Source: a virus | Strand: one strand, 5' to 3' | DNA: 37,803 nucleotides | IMG/VR virus record: IMGVR_UViG_3300036466_000098 | Location: 1-37,803 of that record | Shown: piece after piece, positions 31,309-37,803 of the stretch | How positions within the stretch are numbered: the first letter of the stretch is position 1 | How the letters are laid out: each line of letters opens with the position of its first letter | Made by a program: the position numbers and the translations under genes | Notes under the pieces: generated by a model | Seen by the model: the letters and a program-made list of their open reading frames with translations, nothing else | Databases searched by the model: none | Told to the model about the DNA's origin: nothing

Positions 31309-32682
31309 ATGCCCGTCTCAACCGTCCACGCCAGCTACACCGCTCACGCGCCACTGTGGGCGGCTGTCCGTGATTGCATTGCAGGCCAGAACGCCGTTAA
31401 GGCCAAAGGCCCGACCTACCTGCCGATTCCTGACCCCGACAACAACGACCGCAACAGCCCGCGCTATCAGGCGTATTTGCAACGCGCATTATTCATGAAC
31501 GTTGTCGGACGCACCTTGAACACGCTGGTTGGCGCAGCCTTCCGCAAGGAGCCGGAGATTGAGCTGCCGACCGGTATCGAATACATCCGAGAGGATGCCG
31601 ACAACAGCAACAACAGCCTGGTGCAGCTTGCCCGTTCCATTGTGTCCAATGTCGCCAGCGTTGGGCGTCATGGCCTGCTAGTCGATTACCCTGCTGCACC
31701 GGAAGGACTATCAAGAGAGGACGTTATCGGCATGGGCCTGCGTCCGGTTATCACCGAGTACGCCGCCGAGAGCATTATCAACTGGCATCTGTCGGCTGGT
31801 ATGCTTGATCTGGTGGTGCTGCAAGAGATCAGCGAGACGACCGAGGACGGATTCGACTACACCAGCGAGGTGCAGTATCGCGTCCTGCGCCTAGTTGACG
31901 GCGCGTATGTCCAAGAGCTGTATGATGACGGCGGTACGCTGATCGAAACCATGGAGCCGCGCAAGGCGGACGGCAGCCGCTGGGACGTGATCCCGTTTGT
32001 GGTTCCAGGGAGCGTCAACAACGATGCGGGCATTGATCCGGTTACGCTGTATGACCTTGCGGCTGTGAACATCAGCCACTATCGCAACAGTGCCGACTAC
32101 GAGGAAGGTGTCTACGTTCACGGCCAGCCGATGATCCATATCGACACCGGCACAATGTCCGACCAAGAGTGGAACGCGAAGAACCCGAACGGCATCCAGA
32201 TGGGTGCACGGCGAGGCATCGTCACCAACGGCGGCGGCTCTGCTGCACTGATGCAGGCTCAGGCCAACAGCGCAGCGTTTGAGGCCATGACAGCCAAGGA
32301 ACGACAGATGCTCATGATCGGCGCACGGCTCATCACCGAAGGCGGCGCGAACCAGACGGCGGAAGCGGTACGGGCCAACATGGCGGCTGAAACGTCCGTG
32401 CTTGAGACCATCGTGCGCAACTGTGGTGAGGCGCTGGAGTTGTGTCTACGATGGGTGTGTGAGTTCGCCGGTGCCAATCCTGATGATGTGGCCGTGAGCA
32501 TGAATACCAGCTTCTTTGAGTCGCAAGTTGACCCGCAGATGCTGGCGCAGATGATGGGCCTTGAGTCTATCGGCATCATCAGCCGTGAAGTGATCCTTTC
32601 GTACCTGCGCCGGACGGGTGTTGTGGATGACACCCTGACCGATGAGGAGATTATGGGGCAGGTTGAGGCGTTTGGGTTATGA
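31309..32682 (+). CDS. Portal protein (DUF4055-type)
   Basis: 457 aa in the portal position upstream of the head morphogenesis gene. The N-terminus (W..VRDCIAGQNAVKAKGPTYLP) is typical of DUF4055 portals. Confidence 0.8.
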   Translation: MPVSTVHASYTAHAPLWAAVRDCIAGQNAVKAKGPTYLPIPDPDNNDRNSPRYQAYLQRALFMNVVGRTLNTLVGAAFRKEPEIELPTGIEYIREDADNSNNSLVQLARSIVSNVASVGRHGLLVDYPAAPEGLSREDVIGMGLRPVITEYAAESIINWHLSAGMLDLVVLQEISETTEDGFDYTSEVQYRVLRLVDGAYVQELYDDGGTLIETMEPRKADGSRWDVIPFVVPGSVNNDAGIDPVTLYDLAAVNISHYRNSADYEEGVYVHGQPMIHIDTGTMSDQEWNAKNPNGIQMGARRGIVTNGGGSAALMQAQANSAAFEAMTAKERQMLMIGARLITEGGANQTAEAVRANMAAETSVLETIVRNCGEALELCLRWVCEFAGANPDDVAVSMNTSFFESQVDPQMLAQMMGLESIGIISREVILSYLRRTGVVDDTLTDEEIMGQVEAFGL

Positions 32683-33710
32683 GCTCCAACCAGTACCTGG
32701 TCGACCGCATCACCCGGGAGCAGCTCCTCCTGCAACGCTACAGCAACAGCGTGATCCGGGAGCTGTTGCCGATACTGACGAATCTGCGCAACAGCCTTGA
32801 GGTTCGCATGATGCAGACGCCAACCGAGTTCCAGGCGATGCGCTTGGCGGGCTTGCAGGCCGACCTGTCCCGCATCATTACAGAGATCACCGGCCAGCTT
32901 GAGATCCAGCTGTCAGACAGCCTGACCGAGCTGGCGCAGTACCAGGCGGAGTTCGCGGCTAAGGCTTTGCAGACCGCCGTCTCTGTGGAGACTGTTTTGC
33001 CTTCTGTTGACCAGATTGCCGCTGTTGTTACTCGGTCACAGATGAAGCTGGTATCCGGCAATCAGATCAAGAACCTGACGCTGAACCAGCTTATCACCGA
33101 GTTCGCCGGTAGCATGGATCGGCAGATCAAGACGGCGATTCAGGCCGGAGTGATCGAAGGCCGCACCGTGCAAGAGCTGGCGCGGGAGGTGGGCGGTCTG
33201 GTTAATACCCGGTCACGCCGTCAGGCTGAAACGCTGGTGCGAACGGCAGTGAACCATGTCGGCTCGGTGGCACGGCAGCGGACGTATGAGGCTAATGCGG
33301 ATGTTATAGCGGGTGAGCGTTATGTGTCCGTTATGGATAGCCGTGTAACTCAGACTTGTGCAGGCTTTGCGGATCAGCTATTCCCTATTGGTCAAGGCCC
33401 AATGCCACCACAACACTACGGCTGCCGGTCTGTTCGTGTGCCGGAAGTAAAGCCTGAATTCCGCATCCCTGGCATTGAAGGAGAGAGGGCGACCGTCAAA
33501 GGCCCGGTTAATGCCCGCAAGACGTTTGACGGATGGTTGAGGGATCAGCCTTCCGACTTCCAAAAGGAGTATTTCTTCAAGTTCCCGGAAGGTGAGGAGC
33601 GTTACAAACTGTTCCGAGACGGGGTTAAGCTGAAACAGTTCACTGACGCGCAGGGCGTGGCGTTGTCAATTGATGAGCTTAAGGCTAGAGAAGGTCTAGC
33701 ACTAGCCTAG
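32679..33710 (+). CDS. Head morphogenesis protein (SPP1 gp7 / Mu F family)
   Basis: VMDSRVTQTCAGFADQLFP...PPQHYGCRS is the Phage_Mu_F signature. ATGA overlap with the portal gene. Confidence 0.8.
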   Translation: MSSNQYLVDRITREQLLLQRYSNSVIRELLPILTNLRNSLEVRMMQTPTEFQAMRLAGLQADLSRIITEITGQLEIQLSDSLTELAQYQAEFAAKALQTAVSVETVLPSVDQIAAVVTRSQMKLVSGNQIKNLTLNQLITEFAGSMDRQIKTAIQAGVIEGRTVQELAREVGGLVNTRSRRQAETLVRTAVNHVGSVARQRTYEANADVIAGERYVSVMDSRVTQTCAGFADQLFPIGQGPMPPQHYGCRSVRVPEVKPEFRIPGIEGERATVKGPVNARKTFDGWLRDQPSDFQKEYFFKFPEGEERYKLFRDGVKLKQFTDAQGVALSIDELKAREGLALA

Positions 33711-33714
33711 TTTG

Positions 33715-33723
33715 TGCTATACT
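33715..33723 (+). promoter_or_regulatory. Extended -10 promoter candidate (TGCTATACT)
   Basis: Left copy of the GTGCTATACTWGACAG direct repeat that flanks the HNH gene. Confidence 0.45.
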
Positions 33724-33788
33724 AGACAGGCAGAACGGGTGTTGGCGCACCCGCCTACCATTTCACAGACCGTTTTAGGAGAACGATC

Positions 33789-34637
33789 ATGTGCAAGTCA
33801 AATAATAGCACTTGTGAGCAGTGCGGCAAAATATTTAGGGTCAAGAGCGCAGGCAAGGCTAACAAGTATTGCTCAATTGGGTGCTACAGAGATTTCCAAA
33901 AAAGTGGAAAATACAAGGCGAGACACTCAAAGCGAAAGCATCATTGCTCTAATTGCGGTGAAGTAATAGTCAATAGGAGTCCGAGCCATGGCTCCGAAAA
34001 TATATTTTGTAACCGCGATTGCTATAACAGTCACTATAGAAACGCAGTGAAAGAGTGTGAGGGCTGCGGTTCACAGTTCAGGCCTAGCAGCCGACTCAGT
34101 AAATATTGCTGCAATGATTGCAGGCTATTGGCTGAGAAACCAGAACCAGTCAAGTGTATATCTTGCGGCGTTGTTTTTTCGGCCATACAAATCAGGAGAG
34201 GTGCCGGAAAATGGTATGTTAGGATGTCGAAAAGAAAAACATGCTCTGCTGAATGCTTGAGCATATTTCATAAGAGCGACAAGGCAAGAAAAGAAAAAAT
34301 AAGCATAGCATTTCGCGCCAGCAATCACCCAAACTGGCAGGGCGGTTCGCACTACGGAAAAACAAGAGGCCCAGGGTGGACGCGAATAGCAGAGCGGTGC
34401 CGCGAGCTACACAACAGAACCTGCAAGCATTGCGGCATGACCGAAAAGGATAGCAAGGCAAGAGGCTGGGGGAGGTTGCAGGTTAATCATATCGTTCCAT
34501 TCCATCAGTGGCTGAACAAAGAGGCTGCAAACAAGCAGAGCAACCTTGAGGCACTATGCAAGTCTTGCCACACCAAAGCCGACTGGAAGTGGCGTAAGGA
34601 AAATCCTGTTCAGATGTCGCTGGGCATTTTCAAGTAA
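33789..34637 (+). CDS. HNH endonuclease with four N-terminal FCS/MYM/TRASH-like zinc modules
   Basis: The C-terminal HNH core is CKHCG...LQVNHIVPFHQ...NLEALCKSCH. There are four CxxCG...(Y/F)Cxx(x)C modules. AGGAG RBS. The DNA looks AT-richer by eye. Confidence 0.8.
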   Translation: MCKSNNSTCEQCGKIFRVKSAGKANKYCSIGCYRDFQKSGKYKARHSKRKHHCSNCGEVIVNRSPSHGSENIFCNRDCYNSHYRNAVKECEGCGSQFRPSSRLSKYCCNDCRLLAEKPEPVKCISCGVVFSAIQIRRGAGKWYVRMSKRKTCSAECLSIFHKSDKARKEKISIAFRASNHPNWQGGSHYGKTRGPGWTRIAERCRELHNRTCKHCGMTEKDSKARGWGRLQVNHIVPFHQWLNKEAANKQSNLEALCKSCHTKADWKWRKENPVQMSLGIFK

Positions 34638-34677
34638 TTGCAAAAACCTATCAGGTTGCACTTGTCAAATGAATTCG

Positions 34678-34686
34678 TGCTATACT
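34678..34686 (+). promoter_or_regulatory. Extended -10 promoter candidate (TGCTATACT)
   Basis: Right copy of the direct repeat, 50 nt upstream of the scaffold gene. Confidence 0.45.
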
Positions 34687-34735
34687 TGACAGCATTAGGG
34701 CAGAGCCTTATACCAACCATTCTACGGGGTAGATC

Positions 34736-35350
34736 ATGGATCAGGAACAGAACACCGAGCAGCACGAAGAGCAGGCCGAGACTAAGACCTACACAGCCGC
34801 CGAAGTCGAAGAGTTGACCAAAGGGTTGCGCACGAAGGTTGACGAGCTGTTGGGCGAGAAGAAAACCGTTGCGCAGCGAGCTAAAGAGCTGGAAGAGGCG
34901 CAAGCCGCAGCCGAACAGGAACGGCTGAAAGAGAAAGAAGAATTCAAGACGCTATGGGAGCGTGAACAGCAGGCAAAAAAAGAGCTGCAAGAGAAGTACG
35001 AGACCTTCTCAAAACAGGTGCAGCAGAAGGAAGTCGAGCTGGCATCCAGCAGCATTGCCGCTGAGCTGACACGCGACACCAAGCGGGCCGAATTGCTCAA
35101 GGAGCAGATCGGTAAATACGCCCGGTACACTGATGAGGGCGTCAAGTTTGAAATGGGCGGGGTTGAAGTTGACCGCTCAAAAGTGATTGAACATCTGACA
35201 GAAAGCTACGGCTTTTTGATTGATGGTTCACAGGCCACAGGTGGCGGGGCTACTGGGTCAAAAGGCAGCGGGGCTGCGAAAACAGGAAAGGTTGACGGCG
35301 ACAAGAAAGACCGCGCCGCGTACTTCGCTCATAAATTTGATCTTAAATGA
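34736..35350 (+). CDS. Capsid scaffolding protein
   Basis: 204 aa, charged and rich in E/K/Q heptad-like sequence. It lies directly upstream of the major capsid gene. Confidence 0.7.
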   Translation: MDQEQNTEQHEEQAETKTYTAAEVEELTKGLRTKVDELLGEKKTVAQRAKELEEAQAAAEQERLKEKEEFKTLWEREQQAKKELQEKYETFSKQVQQKEVELASSSIAAELTRDTKRAELLKEQIGKYARYTDEGVKFEMGGVEVDRSKVIEHLTESYGFLIDGSQATGGGATGSKGSGAAKTGKVDGDKKDRAAYFAHKFDLK

Positions 35351-35361
35351 GGTAAAGCCCC

Positions 35362-36330
35362 ATGGCACTCTCAAATTTAGTTGTGTTTAACCAGTATCTT
35401 CAGGATGCTACCGCCGAGACTCTGGCGCAGCAGGTCGAGAAATTCAACGGCGCTTCCAACGGCGCTATCGTGCTGACCAGCATGGATTTTGAAGGCGACT
35501 TCTTCCAGCGTTCATTCTACAGCGCCCTGCACTCTGCGCAGCGCCGTGTTGACCGCTACGCCGCTCAGTCCTCCGCTGCTGCAACCGCGCTGGCTCAGTT
35601 GCAGGAAAACGCCGTTAAGGTCGCTGGTGGTTTCGGTCCGATCAGCTTTGAACCTGCGCAGATGCGCTGGATTCAGACCAACGAGGCGGAAGCTATCGCC
35701 GTGATCTCCGGCCAGCTGGCTGAAGCCATCATGTCCGATCAGCTGAATACTGCGATTAAGGGCCTGGTTGCTGCGATCAGCAACAACGCCAACGTAACCA
35801 ATGACGTGTCTGCCACAGCTGGCCTTTCTTACAGCGCCCTGAACAACAGCCACGCCCTGTTTGGTGATCGTTCCGGCGATCTGGTTGCTCAGATCATGAA
35901 CGGTGCAGCTTACCACGGCCTGATTGGTGCTAACCTGACCAACACGCCGCAGCTGTTCCAGGCTCAGAACGTGACCATTGTCGATATTCTCGGCAAGCCG
36001 GTTATCGTGACTGATGCGGCTGATCTGTACACTGCTGGCACACCGAACAAGGTTAAGGTGTTGTCACTGGTGTCTGGTGCTGCAACCGTGATGGACGGTT
36101 CCGAAGTTGTGACCAACATCGAGACCAGCAACGGCCAGAGCCGCATCGAGACCACCATGCAGGCTGATTACAGCTTCGGTCTCGGCCTGAAGGGCTACAG
36201 CTGGGATACCGCTAACGGCGGCAAATCCCCGACTGACGCTGATCTGGCCACAGGTGCGAACTGGGATAAGATCGTTACTTCCGACAAGCATACAGCGGGG
36301 GTTATCACCATCGCTGATGCCGATAAGTAA
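35362..36330 (+). CDS. Major capsid protein
   Basis: 322 aa following the scaffold gene, with a strong terminator after it. Confidence 0.8.
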   Translation: MALSNLVVFNQYLQDATAETLAQQVEKFNGASNGAIVLTSMDFEGDFFQRSFYSALHSAQRRVDRYAAQSSAAATALAQLQENAVKVAGGFGPISFEPAQMRWIQTNEAEAIAVISGQLAEAIMSDQLNTAIKGLVAAISNNANVTNDVSATAGLSYSALNNSHALFGDRSGDLVAQIMNGAAYHGLIGANLTNTPQLFQAQNVTIVDILGKPVIVTDAADLYTAGTPNKVKVLSLVSGAATVMDGSEVVTNIETSNGQSRIETTMQADYSFGLGLKGYSWDTANGGKSPTDADLATGANWDKIVTSDKHTAGVITIADADK

Positions 36331-36337
36331 GCGATTC

Positions 36338-36346
36338 TGCTATACT
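36338..36346 (+). promoter_or_regulatory. TGCTATACT motif copy between the capsid gene stop and its terminator
   Basis: Same nonamer as at 33715 and 34678. A transcript started here would begin inside the terminator stem. Confidence 0.35.
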
Positions 36347-36374
36347 AAAGGGGGCCACTGCGGCCCCTTTTTTG
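36347..36374 (+). terminator. Rho-independent terminator after the major capsid gene
   Basis: Stem GGGGCC / GGCCCC with a 5-nt loop, followed by TTTTTT. Confidence 0.85.
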
Positions 36375-36386
36375 TGAGGTGAAGAA

Positions 36387-36554
36387 ATGACTGTCTACTA
36401 CGAAAAGCACCCCGTTACCCAAGAGCGCAAGGCTGAACTGCGAGCTAAGGGCTACAAGATCGTTGACGCGCAGTTCGCGCCGTCCGGCTGGGTTGATCCC
36501 GAAGTCCAAAAGCCTGTTCGCCGCACGCGCAAGGTAGCTGATAACGAGGAATAG
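36387..36554 (+). CDS. Hypothetical protein (55 aa; below the ORF-track size cutoff)
   Basis: Translated by hand as MTVYYEKHPVTQERKAELRAKGYKIV.... GAGGTG RBS. Confidence 0.5.
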   Translation: MTVYYEKHPVTQERKAELRAKGYKIVDAQFAPSGWVDPEVQKPVRRTRKVADNEE

Positions 36555-36559
36555 CAGCC

Positions 36560-36991
36560 ATGACCTACGGCACAGAACAGGGCTTGATCGACTACGCTGC
36601 CGAGCGCGGCATTACACTGACCGGCACGGCATCCGCATTGCTGACGCTGGCGCATGACTACATTGAGGCGCAGAGCTACAAGGGTAGCGCCGTATCAGCC
36701 GATGCACGATGGCCTCGTACAGGCGTCTACATTGACGGCTTTTTGCTGGCGTCCGACTCGGTACCGGCGCAGATAATCAATGCTGAATACGAAGCAGCTC
36801 TGGCCGTTGACGCCGGTAACGATCCAGCTGGTGCGCTGACCAGTGGCGTGAAGCGCGAAAAGGCGGGGCCGGTTGAGATTGAGTACACTGACGGCGGCAC
36901 TAGCGTAACGATCAACCGGCGATTGGATGCGCTGCTACGTCCGTTTCTAGCCGGTGGTGGTGGCAGCACGTTTAACGTGACGAGGGCTTGA
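36560..36991 (+). CDS. Head-tail adaptor (DnaT_2-like domain)
   Basis: MTYGT..G..DYAAERG...A..YI......G.......WPRTG matches the pattern of this connector family. Confidence 0.6.
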   Translation: MTYGTEQGLIDYAAERGITLTGTASALLTLAHDYIEAQSYKGSAVSADARWPRTGVYIDGFLLASDSVPAQIINAEYEAALAVDAGNDPAGALTSGVKREKAGPVEIEYTDGGTSVTINRRLDALLRPFLAGGGGSTFNVTRA

Positions 36992-36993
36992 GC

Positions 36994-37149
36994 ATGACCG
37001 GCATCATAGGCGCACAAGTGTACGTGCCACAATGGGGCGAATCCGCTATTGTGACAGGCTTTGATGCCGAAACGCTCTGTTATCACCTGACCATGACAAG
37101 CGGCGATGAAGCCTATGTGCCGCTGTTTTATGTGGAGATTTTGCATTGA
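36994..37149 (+). CDS. Hypothetical protein (51 aa; below the ORF-track size cutoff)
   Basis: Translated by hand as MTGIIGAQVYVPQWGESAIV.... The ORF fills the gap exactly. Confidence 0.4.
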   Translation: MTGIIGAQVYVPQWGESAIVTGFDAETLCYHLTMTSGDEAYVPLFYVEILH

Positions 37150-37511
37150 AAATCAAAAAACTAAAGTCGGGAATTTACAGGCACCGTGTGCCAATTTATA
37201 ACCAAAGGCTTTATGTTTCAGTTGGCCGCGATGCCGCCGTTAATCATTTTGGCGAAGATGGGCAAATGGCTGAAGAAATGGCAGCCGGTGAGAAATATCT
37301 TGACGATAATGGTAGGTTTGCAATATTAATCATAATCGGGGAAGGGTACGCAAACACAAACACGATAGCCCACGAAGCAGTACATGCTGCAATAGATATA
37401 CTTGACCATGTTGAGGTGTTCTATTGCGCTGAAAATCAAGAGCCTATTGCCTATCTGGTAGGTCATATCGCAGAGGTTATTCAGGCCTGCGTGGATATGG
37501 AGGGTGCATAA
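37146..37511 (+). CDS. Small HExxH (zincin-like) protein
   Basis: 121 aa with a TTG start and GGAG 8 nt upstream. Contains TIAHEAVHAAIDILDH. The DNA looks AT-richer by eye than the flanking connector genes. Confidence 0.5.
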   Translation: MKIKKLKSGIYRHRVPIYNQRLYVSVGRDAAVNHFGEDGQMAEEMAAGEKYLDDNGRFAILIIIGEGYANTNTIAHEAVHAAIDILDHVEVFYCAENQEPIAYLVGHIAEVIQACVDMEGA

Positions 37512-37803
37512 TGGCCCTATCCGACAGCATGAAAAAGGTCATTGCCAAACTGGGCGAACCCTGCACCGTGACAAGCACCACCGAAGGCGCGTTCGATCCG
37601 GCTACCGGCACTGTGGGCGCTGGCACGACTACGGTGCAGACCGGCTATGCTGCGCCTGGGCAGTACAACAGCTTTGAGATTGACGGCACTGTGATCCAGC
37701 GCGGCGATGTTAAGCTGGTGCTGTCAAAACTGACTACCCGTCCGGCAGTGGGCGATACCGTGACGATGGATTCTATTGTCTATCGGATCATGGATGTGTA
37801 TCC
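37511..37803 (+). CDS. 5' part of the head closure / head-tail joining protein gene (continues at 128..179 after the overlap)
   Basis: ATG 37511 has a GAGGG RBS and a TAATG overlap. The ORF is open to the window end. Confidence 0.65.
   Translation, partial: MALSDSMKKVIAKLGEPCTVTSTTEGAFDPATGTVGAGTTTVQTGYAAPGQYNSFEIDGTVIQRGDVKLVLSKLTTRPAVGDTVTMDSIVYRIMDVY
37677..37803. repeat. Terminal overlap, copy 2 (identical to 1..127)
   Basis: Exact match to the window start. Confidence 0.95.

Noticed and set aside
33712-33966. 84-aa TTG-start ORF overlapping the start of the HNH gene
   Set aside because: It is out of frame with the well-supported HNH ORF (AGGAG RBS at 33789), and its start lies inside the promoter-like motif.

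Overview
The window is one complete, circularly closed tailed-phage genome. Bases 1-127 are identical to 37677-37803, so the unique length is 37,676 bp, and one gene reads across the junction. It looks like a siphovirus. The + strand carries a virion and lysis arm: small and large terminase, DUF4055-type portal, Mu-F/SPP1 gp7-like head morphogenesis protein, scaffold, major capsid, connectors, HK97 gp10-like protein, tail terminator, major tail protein, G/GT frameshifted chaperones, tape measure, tail tip and fibre genes, then holin, GH108 endolysin and a lipoprotein. The - strand (11983-24502) carries an early arm: Sak4-like ATPase, DUF669 SSB-like protein, YqaJ exonuclease, SF2 helicase, VRR-NUC, Lar, an AlpA-like regulator, DUF3310, a beta-class DNA methyltransferase, an SNF2 ATPase, a MazG-like protein and many small ORFs. 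A short HTH gene plus a primase-polymerase/helicase gene diverge from a compact palindromic promoter pair and are followed by an iteron-rich, AT-rich origin-like region. I found no integrase, repressor, tRNA or CRISPR. The points most worth follow-up are: two free-standing nuclease cassettes with four zinc modules each; a minimal C5-methyltransferase-like gene between terminase and portal; a small HExxH protein in the connector module; a G8 tract joining a fibre gene to a LamG receptor-binding gene; a recurrent TGCTATAMT promoter-like motif; and a tightly coupled nucleotide/DNA-modification gene cluster. Protein family calls rest on motif recognition by eye only; no searches were run.
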